In this document: one piece after another, positions 49,540 to 62,040 of the stretch | Position numbering within the stretch: the stretch's first letter is position 1 | Layout: every line of letters begins with the position of its first letter | Origin: Octopus bimaculoides | Taxonomy: Eukaryota | Direction of reading: 5' to 3' | Assembly (NCBI RefSeq): GCF_001194135.2 | Contig: NC_068985.1 | Location: 19,511,254-19,575,253, forward strand | Length of the DNA: 64,000 bases | Position numbers and translations under genes: made by a program | Notes under the pieces: model-generated | Seen by the model: only the letters and a program-made list of their open reading frames with translations | Databases searched by the model: none | What the model was told of the DNA's origin: nothing

Positions 49540-49912
49540 CATCATCATCATCATTATCATCACCATTGTTTAACATCAGCTTTCCATGCTAGCATGGGTT
49601 GGATGATTTGACTGAGGACTGGCAAACCAAATGGCTGCACCAGGCTCCAATCTGATCTGGCAGAGTTTCTACAGCTGGATGCCCACCATTCCGAGAGTGT
49701 AGTGGGTGCTTTTATGTGCCACCGGCACAAGGGCCAGTCAGGCGGTACTGGCAACGGCCATGCTCAAATGGTGTTTTTTACGTGCCACCTGCACAGGAAC
49801 CAGTCCAGTGGCACTGGTAACAACCTCGCTCGAATGTTTTTTCACGTGCCACCGGCACAAGTGCCAGTAAAGTGACGCTGGTAACGATCATGCTCAAATG
49901 GTGCTATTTATG
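49540..49912 (-). mobile_element. Family-C SINE with 3-4 internal ~66-bp tandem units
   Basis: Repeated TTTT(A/C)(C/T)GTGCCACC(G/T)GCAC...CCAGT...(A/G)CTGG(C/T)AAC...GCTC(A/G)AATG. Confidence 0.9.
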
Positions 49913-49914
49913 CG

Positions 49915-50700
49915 GTCCCAAAATAGTTCCCTGTGGAACACTGCTCACTGTTTTTGTTTCTGTGAGACCTTCGTATTGTTTGCATAGCTAGCAAGGGTGA
50001 CTGTCCAGGTAGTTGAGGGCATATCTGAGAGGGCCACTATGAAAAGCAGTGGTCCCAAGACAGTGCCCTGTGGAACACCACTCACTATTTGTGTTTTCAT
50101 CGAGGTGGCTCCACTGTCCACTACTGCCTGACTTCTATCTTTCAGAAAGTTATGTAATCACTCTCCAAGTTTTCCAGCTATACCGGGATCACACAGTTTG
50201 TTTGAGCCACTTAATCAAAAGCTTTTGCACATTTGAGTTGTTAAGTAACTGCCTTAAAACTCCTACCTGGTCGAAAGCCATGCTGGGTATCACTAAGCAA
50301 GCTGTTTTCTTCAAGGTATGCGATTAGTTTCCCTCTGACTATCCATTTCATGACTTTGTTGATGTGTGAAGTCAAAGAGATAGGCCTATAGCCTTTGGTA
50401 TCTGCTCTGCATATTATTCCCTCCTTCAGTTTGCTTGGCAGCCTGCCATTTGTAAGAAAGCTCTGGAAGAGAATCTGTAGAGGGCATGCTTACACGATTT
50501 GAGGAAGATTGCTAGGAAACCATCGTAACTGCCTTACTGGTTATAGGTGAGGCAGCAAAGAAATTCACTGGTTCATTCACTTGTCTGTGTTCCAACGGGG
50601 TGGTAAAGGCACTTTTGAACTGGCCATTCAGTACCTCACTGATCCAAGTTGGACTATCTGTGAGGGAGCCATCCTTTTGTCTTAAAAAGGAAAGTAAAAA
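49915..50700 (-). mobile_element. CR1-type LINE RT fragment(s)
   Basis: Minus strand VSGVPQGTVLGPLLFIVALSDMPST...LASYAN, upstream FAKAFD/YRPISLTS-like remnants; a second GVPQGTILGP piece at about 49915-49950. Confidence 0.8.
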
Positions 50701-50714
50701 GCTCACATAACAAT

Positions 50715-51150
50715 ATTACAAAACAGATTAAGGCAGTGAAATGGTAGAATCATTAGCACACTGGGCAAAATGCTTAGTGGTATTTTGCCCAGCTTTATGC
50801 TCTGAGTTNNNNNNNNNNNNNNNNNNNNNNNNNNNNNNNNNNNNNNNNNNNNNNNNNNNNNNNNNNNNNNNNNNNNNNNNNNNNNNNNNNNNNNNNNNNN
50901 NNNNNNNNNNNNNNNNNNNNNNNNNNNNNNNNNNNNNNNNNNNNNNNNNNNNNNNNNNNNNNNNGCACACTGGGCAAAATGCTTAGTGGTATTTTGCCCA
51001 GCTTTATGCTCTGAGTTCAAATTCTGCCAAAGTCAACTTTTCCTTTTATCCTTTCTGGTGCAGCCATCTGGTTCGCCAGTCCGCAGTTAAATCAGCCAAC
51101 CATGCTAGCATGGAAAGCGGACGTTAAACAATGATGATGATGATGATGTA
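50715..51150 (+). mobile_element. Family-B SINE head (duplicated across the gap) joined to a family-C 3' tail
   Basis: GCACACTGGGCAAAATGCTTAGTGGTATTTTGCCCAGCTTTATGCTCTGAGTT lies on both sides of gap 50809-50963. After CCTTTTATCCTTTCTG the sequence switches to GTGCAGCCATCTGG...GGACGTTAAACA(ATG)n. Confidence 0.75.
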
Positions 51151-51829
51151 TTTACTGTGGTTTAAGGAGTTATGTCTTTTTTTAAGAAATCTCCCTGATA
51201 GATGACAATACAGGGCTAACAGGAGAGTAGATAAGCATAGTGGGAAAGATAGGCAGAAGAAAAAGTGGAACTAGGGTGAAGGAGAGGATAGAAAAGTAGA
51301 TACTAAAAAAAGAAAAAAACTTTTAATTAAAAAACAAGTAATTTTAGATAAGTTAATTTTGTGACGAAAGAAGCTTGAAGGAAACTTTGGATTAACAGAT
51401 TGGCTGCTTGGTTAAACATGAATTGATATTTCCCAGTGGAAAGAATTAAAAATTTCTGAGAGCAGATGGTTAATTAGAAGCAGACTAATACTTGTGCGAT
51501 ATGGATCTGCCTATATTTGAGATATCACTAGCAGATTGTAGCTATTGTGACATCACAAATCAAGCTTTTCACTTCTTCCCTTTCTTCTCAGTGTGATGGT
51601 TTCCCTGGAATAACCAAATGGATATATTTATCTAGTTGATTAGTTGAGTGTATGTAAATTACTTGATATTGACAGAATACTTGTGGTGCCATCTGGCTCA
51701 TACGAAACATCAGGAGTCATTTTTATAATATTGGTTTCAAATTTTCACACAAGGCCAGCAGTTTTGGAGGAAGGGTTGAGCTAATTACATTGACCCAAGT
51801 GCTCAACTAGTTCGTACACATGCGTCATA

Positions 51830-52350
51830 CAGTCTGCCTTTTACTCTGAGCGAGAGGCCCTTTGTCACCAGCAGAGGTAAGAGCTCTCTGAACTTTGCCC
51901 AGACTATTCTTATTCTAGCAGCTACACTTTCAGCGCACCTTCCCTGCTACTGACTTGGTCACCTAGGTAACGGAAGCTATCAACTACTTCTAGTTTTTCT
52001 CCCTGGAATGTGGCAGAAGTTGTTCTCTGCACATTTTCAATGTTTATTGCTCCTGAGCATCTGCCACATACAAGAACTATCTTGCTAGTTAGCCTTCCTT
52101 TGATATTGCTGCACCTCTTATGTGTCCATAGCTTACACTAGGTACATCTTATAGAGTTTCTACCGACGCCTTTTCTACAGATCGAGCAGGGCCATCTACC
52201 TGAAGGGGTTTGTGGTTTGTCTACCTCGCTACTTATTAGGACTTTGGTTTTAGCAAGGTTGACTCTAAGGCCCTTCAGTTCTAATCCTAGACCCTTCGAA
52301 GCCCCTTCTTGAAAAACTGGGTGACCTAAACAGCAAATGACCATCACATA
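51830..52350 (-). mobile_element. RTE/RTE-X-type LINE fragment (same family as 19150-20235)
   Basis: GLELKGLRVNLAKTKVLIS...GRWPCSICRKGVGRNSIRCT, later FRELLPLLVTKGLSLRVKGRLYDAC. Confidence 0.85.
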
Positions 52351-54094
52351 ACTGAAGTGTGTCAAGTCCAATAAGTCTTATTGATCCCACTTACAGCATC
52401 TCAAAGATCATAAACCAATATATCAGTCTTTAGTAGTACACCTTTTAAGAATCAGTTCCTGACTGAATCATAAACAGCACACGACTCTAAACCTTAAATT
52501 ATCCACAAATCCAGAATTTACAATCCCCTACGATGGACCCACATATACAACACCACCAAAACCTTGTAACAAAGACTAGAATGTCTTTCTATGACAAAAA
52601 ATATCTGAGCCCAAATCAATTGTCGACTTCCCACAAAGCTTGAGTATGACCCACAATAGAGTAAAAGAAAAGTGAAAGTAAAGACCCCCTTCGGTCATGA
52701 ATGACCATGGGATTGCACCTAGAAAGTTCCTCTCTGATGCACAAGTCTGGGCAAGGTTGTTTATAGTAGACCAGCAGTCACCCATGCATACCAGCTTCCC
52801 CCTCTTTATGCCACTGATGTTATCCAAGGAAAAGGCAAAAGCTGATACAGCTTGGAACCAGTGACATTACAACTCATTTCTATAGGTGAGAGAACAGGAG
52901 CAACGTGAAATAAAGTGTTTTGCTTAAGAGCATAACATACAACCAATCCAGGAATCGAACTCACTACCTCATGATTGTGAGCCTGATGCTCTAACCACTG
53001 AGCCATGTGCCTTCACTAGAGTAATGCTTATGTGTTTAGAACTATTCTGAACTAGCTAACTATGCACCCTCTCTATCCAGCTCCTATCTTTCCTTCCAAA
53101 ACCCTGTACTAAACGCTTTACCGTGTTCTTCTTCCCCAGAACTGCATTCTTCTGGAATTCTCTTCTTGACTGTCCTTTCCCAATGACCTACAGATATTCA
53201 TGGTATGAGACAATTGAGCACAGTTGACTGGACATTCTCCTTGTTTTGTTAACAGTACTTTTTAGCACTGGAGGCAAACACACTCACATACACACATGAG
53301 CAAAAATATACACATACACATCAAAAGAGTGTGTAAGAGAGAGAGAGAGAGAAGCATTAAAATTTATTAATTGAACACAATTGACACAAGCACTATCCCT
53401 CTCCTCATACAGATAAAGAAAAATATTTTCACACACATAAACAGTGAGAAAGAGGAGAGAACAAGAGAAATATTGAAATGAAGGAAGTATTAAAATGTTT
53501 GCTGTCAAATAAGTCAGCACTGAATCAGTGCCACAAAATAGCACCAAAACAGCCAAGACATCTCATACCCAGATATTCAAATAAAACACCAACTGTGTTA
53601 ATGTCATCTGTCTCAGAGGACCAGAAAATGTCATGGATATTTCCCCTTCTCTCCAGACTAAAGGTGGAGTGGTAAGAGTGATGAATGTGAGTCTTATCTT
53701 TATTTGTATCAACAAAAATATAATAATTTAACAGATAGTGTCAGTTATATGCATCAACATACTAGAATTATCCTGTTCCCATGCACAGAAAAATCCACAC
53801 ACTGATCTGTCAGACTATTTTCTAGTTTTCTTCCTCAACAAGACTATGATAAATACTTATTTAATTTCATCAGGTTGTCAAGTTTAACAAGCCAATAAAA
53901 TATAAAATAATGTGAAGGATACTCATAACAACTGTTCATTAACACCCAAGTTGCAGTCGTAAAAAATTCCAGAATTTAAGACTTATTTTATCTAACAGTA
54001 ATAGATTGGACAGCAATAGAATGGCTTTTAATATTGAGTAGAGGAAAAATTGTTGAGTATAAATATTGAATAAAAATGGAGGATAAATATAGGT

Positions 54095-54490
54095 GCAGGC
54101 ATGGCTGTGTAGTTAAGAAGTTATTCTTGAAGCCACATCATTTCAGGTTCAGTCCCACAGTGTGACACCTTGGGCAAGTGTCTGCTACTAGAGCCCCAAA
54201 TTGTACAATGCTTTGGGACTGAATTTGAAAGATGGAAACTGTGTAGAAGCCTATTCTGTGTGTGTGCGTGTTTGAGTTTGTCTCTCCCTCCACTCCTACC
54301 CCTACTTGACAATTAACGTTGGTTTATTTAGGTTTCCATAACATAGCAGTTCAACAGAAGAGATTGATAAAAATAAATATCAGACTTTAACAGAGACTAG
54401 CTGGAATTGATTTGTTTAACTAATCTCCTCAAAGCAGTGTCATGTCATGGCTACAGTCCAGTGACTGAAACAAGTAAAAGATGAAATATA
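54095..54490 (+). mobile_element. Family-A SINE, forward, full length
   Basis: GCAGGCATGGCTGTGTAGTTAAGAAG...CAGGTTCAGTCCCACAGTGTGACACCTTGGGCAAGTG...GACTGAAACAAGTAAAAG. Confidence 0.9.
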
Positions 54491-56552
54491 TAAGAAATAA
54501 AATTGTAATTAAAATGAGAGAGAGAAGTTCATTTTGAAAAAACTTAACTTTTAGTAATTTTATCCAATTATTGGATTTCAGATTTCTTTGTGAGTCATTT
54601 CTCTCAGCAGAGCTCTTTCAAACAAGTGAAGTCTTTCTTGGCCTTATGGCTCCTTTCCAGCTCTACATCAATGACCTACTCTACTTCTATATTCCTTTAC
54701 TGATGACACAACCCTACACACAGCATCATTATCATTTTATGGCCCCCCCCCCCACCTTTTCATGCTGGCATGGTTTAGAAGACATTTTTGAGGCAGTATT
54801 TAACAGCTGGATGCTCTTCCTATCACCAATCTTTTACTTACCATTTAAAACATGTCAGAACATAATGTAGGAACATCATATAATGTCCACTTTTCCATGT
54901 GTGCATAAGTCAGATGGAATTTGTTGGAACAGATTTTCTACAACCAGATGATATTCCTGTTGCCAACCCTCACCTGTTTCCAGGCAAAGTAATATTTTCC
55001 CAGAGCTAGACATGTTTTTCACAGAAGACCAGAAACAAGCGACTTTGCTTGTATGATGATGATGATGATGATGATGATGCTCATTTACAACCATTACAGG
55101 ATATCTAGACAAGAGTATACACAAGCACATGCATGCACACACACATGCACACAAACACACGTGTATGTGTGTGTGTGTGTACAACAGACTTCTTTCAGTT
55201 TCCATTTACCAAATCTACTCACAAGTCATTGGCTGGTCTGGGGCTACAGTAGAAGACATTTGCCCAAGATGATGTGCAGTAGAACTGAACCCTAGACCAC
55301 TAGCACAGATATTATATATGCTATCCCAAGCATTTCCCACTGAATCTACACAGCCTACATTAATAAGAATCCCCCAAATATTCCACCATACATAAATACA
55401 ACAACTTAATTATTTCTGACAGTATCTTAAGACCAACATGTAATCAAAAGTGCAGCATAATGTCTGGGTTTTCTCTTTAGAATTAAATCTCACAGACAAA
55501 AGTTATTAACACTACAAAGAAAATCAATAATCCCTCACTAATACAATGTTCAAATATCTAAGAAGGTGCATCAACTTCAGTATTCATGTGCATAGAAGAC
55601 CTTATTCAAAACATACCATCAACTTGTTTGACATGTCAGAATTCCTTAACATTCTTCAATCATAGAACCATTTTCTATGATTATTCTTTCACATTTATAA
55701 TAACCTCTGCTCCTTCATGCTATTATCTAAACTGACTTCATGCATTTGGAAAACATCATCAACACACCTAATCTATATAAACTTTTGACGCGTTCAAAAT
55801 AATTGTCAAATTACTCCATATCATATCAGAGAAGGAAAAAAAAACACATCAGATTATGAAGTCCTAAATACACTACACCTGAAAAGAAAACAAGATGGAA
55901 TGGTCACAACAGGAATGTCTTTGATCAGAGTCCTACCTGATCAGGACTAACCTAGGCTAAACTAAAACAACTTCAGTAGTCTAATTTTTCCCTAAATTTC
56001 ACATATCAAAATGCTTTTTCAATACAAATTAAACTGTTCTAACCTCTTTCACCCATACACACCGACTCCAAACCTCTAGTTTCGAAAAAAACCTAGAAAG
56101 TTTATAACACTGCACTTATATATCAGAACGAACATATCAAAGGTTCCCAGACTTCAAACTATTATTATTATTATTTATTTATTTAGTTTTGCCTTATGAT
56201 CAATTAACTTACAATGTTTCTAGTTAGCTATCATACTTCAATCTTGCCACCTATTAAACCCTTTAGCATTTAAACAGGTCATATCCAGTCAAAATATTCT
56301 ACCAGCTTTATGTTCAAACTTGCCAGATCTGAACTCTTACACCGACACTACAATATCATTCTAAAAATTAACAGTTATAAATGGTACAAGAAGGTATACA
56401 GTGGGGGGAAATAAATATTCATACATGTCAAAATTCTTTATTTATTTAATTTCTAATGAACATAAATGGGATATACCAATACTATATTTGCATACACATG
56501 CATAAACTAAGAATATGCCAAAGAAACTAATAAATTATAGTAACTAATGAAT

Positions 56553-57038
56553 TTATATACAATTATAAATATTTAGGGGTGAAAAAATATTTTCAAATTC
56601 TTTTACTAGGTTTTCAACAATTCTTGAACCTTGATTTGTCTCCCTCCCTTTTACTGGGTCGTTTCCAGTGTAGATTTGCATTTTCCAAGCATAAGATGTT
56701 TCAATGTCGCATATTGCCCAAATTTTAATTCCATATTTCCCTGGTTTTGAAGGAATATATACCCAGAATGGGCAGCACCCTCTGAATGAAACTAATTGTT
56801 CAACTGTCACACATGAATTCGGAACATGTTCGTCTTGCAAATTCTGATTCCACATTTCAAATACTTCTCTTATGGGCTCCAATTTATCATCACTTCTCTT
56901 TTTTCTTCTGACACTAGCATCATCAAAAAATGCAATACTTGTAAAATCTGTTGAAATCTTCTCCGGCTCATAATTTTGTTGAATATTAGGCGGTCATCTT
57001 CTTGACTCCATAACTGTGTGACATTTTCATGTTTAGAT
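56553..57038 (-). mobile_element. piggyBac (PGBD4-like) transposase pseudogene fragment
   Basis: SKHENVTQLWS...IMSRRRFQQILQVLH/FDDAS.RRKKRSDDKLEPIREVFEMWNQNL...VTV-EQLVSFRGCCPFWVYIPSKPGKYGIKIWAICD...WKMQIYTG. The first catalytic Asp of TVDEQL appears deleted. Confidence 0.9.
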
Positions 57039-57655
57039 NNNNNNNNNNNNNNNNNNNNNNNNNNNNNNNNNNNNNNNNNNNNNNNNNNNNNNNNNNNNNN
57101 NNNNNNNNNNNNNNNNNNNNNNNNNNNNNNNNNNNNNNGACTAAAGGCAGATACTGCTCTCACATATTTATATTCTCCTGAAAGATGATGCAATATAGTT
57201 TAAGAATTGTGTCATCATATAGAAATATTGCATCACCCTATAACCTAGCAGATTGAAGGTAATGGAATACCACACAAATTTATAGGAATATTTTCATAAT
57301 TTTTCCTATTTTATCTAAAATTCAGCAAATAAATTGAATACAATTTTAACTACTATATATCTGATAAATATCTAGGAAGATAATATTTGATACTGCTTTT
57401 ATTCTGTTTAGATCAACAAGAGTATTCTCTGAATTTAATTTGAGGATCCAATGGACCTATACAATAATTAATGTATAAAGTGAAATTTTCTAGCTTTTAT
57501 AAACATATGGAAAATTTCCCAGCTGACAAATAAAAGAGAGTCAAAAAAAAAATAAGAGTCACAAGAAATCAGCAGAATCAAATAATATAAACAGTAGGAA
57601 AATGCAACTGAAAAAAACTGAAATTGGTCCATTGGACCCATTGGTAGACAGAAGG

Positions 57656-57862
57656 TTAAGCTGAACATATCTTGCAAAAATATTCAATTTTATGTTCAAA
57701 TTTTCCAGATCTGGCCTCTCACACATACCCTACAATGTCAGTCTAAAAATAAATCATATCATTGGAATCTCAAAGCTATGAGATAGTGCATGATTAATTC
57801 AAAACAATCTGAATAAGTAAGCATTACATTTGAAAGGGTAATCTGACTGCTAAAGGGTTAAT
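57656..57862. mobile_element. piggyBac-type MITE, reverse orientation relative to the 59970 copy (another partial copy at 56255-56375)
   Basis: Ends CTGACTGCTAAAGGGTTAA; interior homologous to the 59970-60180 copy. Confidence 0.75.
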
Positions 57863-58984
57863 TCAGATCCAAGCCTTAAGACGTAGCCTGTATTCATGCA
57901 TTTTTACCACTTTCATTATTCTTTTTCATCTTTGTCGTCTTTAACTCAGTCCCTAGTATTTTCTGACATTCCTGTTCTTGATTTGTTGCAGAGAACCAAT
58001 TAAATCAGTTGTAGTCTGAGAAACGTATGGAAGTTACTGCAATAAAATGTAGCCTTACAACTATTATGATACAAGTCATTTTATTATTCTCTTCATCAAA
58101 CTACTAATACATTAAACATATCTTAGATAAACAGACAATCACCATAAAAACAAAGAATGTTTGCTTTATTCCATCAACAATCAATATAACAATAATCTTG
58201 CCATTAGAAGAGGATAAATCAGCAATAAGAATGATATAGAGACATATTGATTGAAAGAGAATTATAACAATTTAGGATATAGAGAAAAACCAATATAGAA
58301 TGAACTTCCCTTCATCTTTTTATTATTTGGCATACATTTATAATCATTTCCAACAGCCACTCTGAAAACACTTGAAGTTGCTATTTGTAACAAATTAATG
58401 TCAATAAATACAAGCAGGTGATGATAATTGTGAGTTTTGATTTGTGTGTATTAAGGCTTATTAATTGAGGAACAGAAATATTTCCTGAACTGCAAAGTTC
58501 TCCATAAACAGGCCTTTTAGTAGGAACACAAACTACTTATTTTCTTAAGCTGTTAAGACATCATGGTACAAAAGTGCTTTCCCAGATGATTTTGGATTGG
58601 AACCAATCATGTTATTGATTTATCAGAATGGAAAGGAAAAATAAAATTATATAAAGATGAATCGAGCCAATTCAGTCTATTTTGAACACGATATCAATGA
58701 AATCTTTGAGACGTAATGTGAATACAAGCACATAGACACACATATGTAAGAATATGTATGATCTTTGGTTGGCATGTAGATGCCAGTTCTTTGATTTTCA
58801 TGCAATAAGTTAGCCATTTGACTACACATGAATTGAAAGAATATTGTGATACTTTATCAAAACAAAGTTAGTGGGACACTAATCTATTTTCCATTAACCT
58901 TTTAGATCTTTTCTTCCGAACAGAGAAATTCATTTTACCTCCCTGTTATGCCACATCAGATTTACTATACATACATCATACTAC

Positions 58985-59780
58985 CTGTTGCAGCATACAA
59001 ATTGTACAACTTGTTGCCATAAATACATCATGCAAACTGTTGCAATACATATACTGTACAACCAGTTGCTTTACACACATCATTTAACCAATCACAATGC
59101 ATACATCATACAACTAATTGCAGCATATATGTTGCACTTATTGCAATACATATGCAAACAATTACAATGCATACATCAAGCAACCATTTGCAATATATAC
59201 ATCATAGAACCAGTTGTTATACATTGGACAACAGCAGTATATACAAATGTATTTTAATATATACATCATACAATACCATATACAACCAGTTTCAACATAT
59301 ATACAACCAATAAAAGGTGGTGAGTAGGCAGATTAGTTAGCATGCCTGGCAAAATGCCTAGTGGCATTTCATCCATCTTTATGTTTTGAGTCCAGATCCC
59401 ACTAAGGTCGACTTTGCCATCCATCATTCCAGGGTTGATAAAATAAGTACTAACTGAGCACTGGGGGCAATGTAATTGACTAACCCCCTCTGCAGAAATT
59501 ACTGATCTTGTGCCAAAATTTGAAACCAATAGATATATAACAAATTGCAATATATATACCACCAATTACATTACATACACAACCATTTGCTGTATTACAT
59601 CGTACAACCAGATACAATAGGTATAGAACCAATTGCATACATACATCATGTAGCCAATCACAATACATACAAACAATTGCAGTAAATACATTGTACAAAT
59701 TGTTGCAATACATACACAACCATTTGCATTACATACATTATTCAACTATTTGTTATATATATATATCCCCATACAACCAA
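58985..59780. repeat. Degenerate short-unit tandem repeat interrupted by a family-B SINE (59293-59528, +)
   Basis: Recurrent ATACATCATACAACCA(G/A)TTGCAAT-like units on both sides of GGTGGTGAGTAGGCAG...GTGCCAAAATTTGAAACCAAT. Confidence 0.8.
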
Positions 59781-59969
59781 TCTCTAAAGAAAACTGAAAA
59801 TTTTTTTTGTTAAAGAAGCTGAATTTTTTCCCTCTTTTTTTCTTAGAAAAACTTAGTTTTGTAGTTATTTTACTCAGCTAACATTGAAGAATTCAATAAT
59901 TTTTGATAACCACCTGAACTATTAGTACTGCTACATGCTCTCAGTGGCTCATTGAAATAACTTCTTTAA

Positions 59970-60180
59970 TCCTTTAGCATTCAGATTACTTTGTCAAATG
60001 TAATGCTTATTTATTCACCTTGTTTTGAATTTATCATTCGTAATCTTGTAGCTTCAAGATTTTAATGATGCGACTGTTTATTTTTAGACTGTCATCGTAG
60101 GGCACAATGTGAGAAACCAGATCTGTCTTGTCTGAACAGGTTAAATAGAGCCAGATATGGCTAGTTTAAATGCTAAAGGG
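59970..60180. mobile_element. Complete piggyBac-type MITE with TTAA TSD
   Basis: TTAA|TCCTTTAGCATTCA ... TAAATGCTAAAGGG|TTAA; 211 bp. Confidence 0.9.
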
Positions 60181-60549
60181 TTAAATTCTTAAACTACACT
60201 TCTTTAACTTTTAATACATTGTCAAATGCTATTCCTATTTCTATTTTAAAAATCTAGCAACTAAAGGTTCTTTTATAATTCCTATAAATATTTTCCACCT
60301 TTTGAAATACAAATCTGTACATCATTAAGCTTAGTCCATTTTTGTTTGTTTATTTTTGTTTTGCTTTTGCAGAAAATTTTCCAATTAACAAAAATGTTCT
60401 TAAAATTTATTTGAATTTAATTTTAAAAAAGTCAATCTTTTAGTATAATGAAATTGTACTTTTCTGTATTGACTCATTTTATAATAGAAAATAATAAAAT
60501 ATTTAGTAAAACTTGTGTAGTTATAGCTAACCAATTTCTTTGATGTATC

Positions 60550-60901
60550 TTACTTGTTCAGTCAGTCATGCTGGGGCACCACCTTGAAGGGTTTAGTCAA
60601 ACAAATCTACCTCAGTACTTAAAAGTCATCAAGCAGCAGTATACAAAGATATACGCATAGATATATATATCATCATTGACATCATCATTTAACATCCATA
60701 TTCCATGCTGGCATGGGTTGGACAGTTCAATAGGATCCAACAAGTCCAATGACTGCATCATTCCCCAATGTCTGCCCTGTCGTGGTTTCTATGACTGGAT
60801 ACCCTTCTTAATACCAACCACTTTATGACATGTACTGGGTTCTTTTTTCGTACCACCAGCACTATTGAGGTCAGCTTGCAAAACTACAAATCCTAAAGGA
60901 G

Positions 60902-60945
<44 letters not shown>

Positions 60946-61791
60946 GAGCTTCCTCACAATTTCCCTCTTTCAAATTTACTCACAAAGCATTGGTCAGCCT
61001 TGGACTGTAGTAGAAGACTCTTGTCCAGGATGCTGTGCAATGGTACAGAACCTGAAACCATATGGCTGAAAAGCAAGTTTCTTAACCACACAGCTATGCC
61101 TTGAAATATTCTGTACATTTTCTAATTCAAATTTCATAAGCATTTAACAGCATGCTTAAATCAATATCACTGAAAATATTAATAAATATTTTGATTCTGG
61201 TCTGATTTTGTGTGTCACATTTGGTTTAATCTTTAAAAAGCATTCAATAGCAATATTCTTGTGGATAAATTACATCTCTAATCATTCCAGTTCTTGAATT
61301 GCATTTCACTTGTAATCACATTTATCATATCAGAAGAAGCCAACCATTCACTAATCTCAGACTGTTTTATCTTCATTTGGTTTTACTATGATCTTTTTAC
61401 ATTAAAATTGTGGTTAATTTTAAAACCAAGGATTTTCAGTGCAAATATTTTTTATGGGTGAATACCTTTTCTAAAAACCATGATATTTTCAGAGTAACAA
61501 CACAATAGTTACAGCAGTTTATAAACGTTTTTTACTACAGCAACATCTCTACACTGTTTGTTATCTTATATATTCACATCATTTATCATTCATTTTTCCA
61601 TGCTTGCATGGATCAGATGGAATTTGTTGAAGTAGATTTTCAATGACTAGATGCCCTCTCAGCTGCCAACCTTCACCCATTTTCAAGTAATATTTACCCA
61701 TGACAAGACAGGTCTTCATAGATTGGAAATGAATGACACCACTTGCATGATGTGAAGGCAAGGTGAATAACATACACACACACATATGTAC

Positions 61792-61830
<39 letters not shown>

Positions 61831-62040
61831 CATCATTGTTTAATATTCACTTTCCAAGCTGACATGGGTCAGACGGTTTGACATGGGTTTCTTTTCAGTT
61901 TCCATCTACCAAATCCTCTCACAAGGCTTTGCTCACCTTGGGCTGGCTACAGTGAAAGACACTTATCCATGCAGTGGACCCGAAACCAAAACCATGTTAT
62001 TGAGAAGCAAACTTCTTACTACACAGCCATGCCTGTGCTT
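60550..62040 (-). mobile_element. Nested/adjacent SINE fragments (A: about 60550-60620, 60950-61100, 61885-62040; C: about 60670-60890, 61575-61770)
   Basis: Same diagnostic motifs as the other A and C copies, interspersed with (TA)n. Confidence 0.75.

Noticed and set aside
50741-51016. 53-bp direct repeat flanking the gap as a biological duplication
   Set aside because: Identical sequence on both edges of a gap indicates unmerged contig overlap.
7186-57193. Long ORFs containing X runs (e.g. 7186-7815, 22347-23003, 32182-32757, 40204-40608, 47975-48685)
   Set aside because: They are open only because they cross N-gaps (about 7200-7805, 15843-15942, 17691-17822, 22514-22918, 32365-32685, 40292-40549, 44018-44448, 48072-48607, 50809-50963, 57039-57138).
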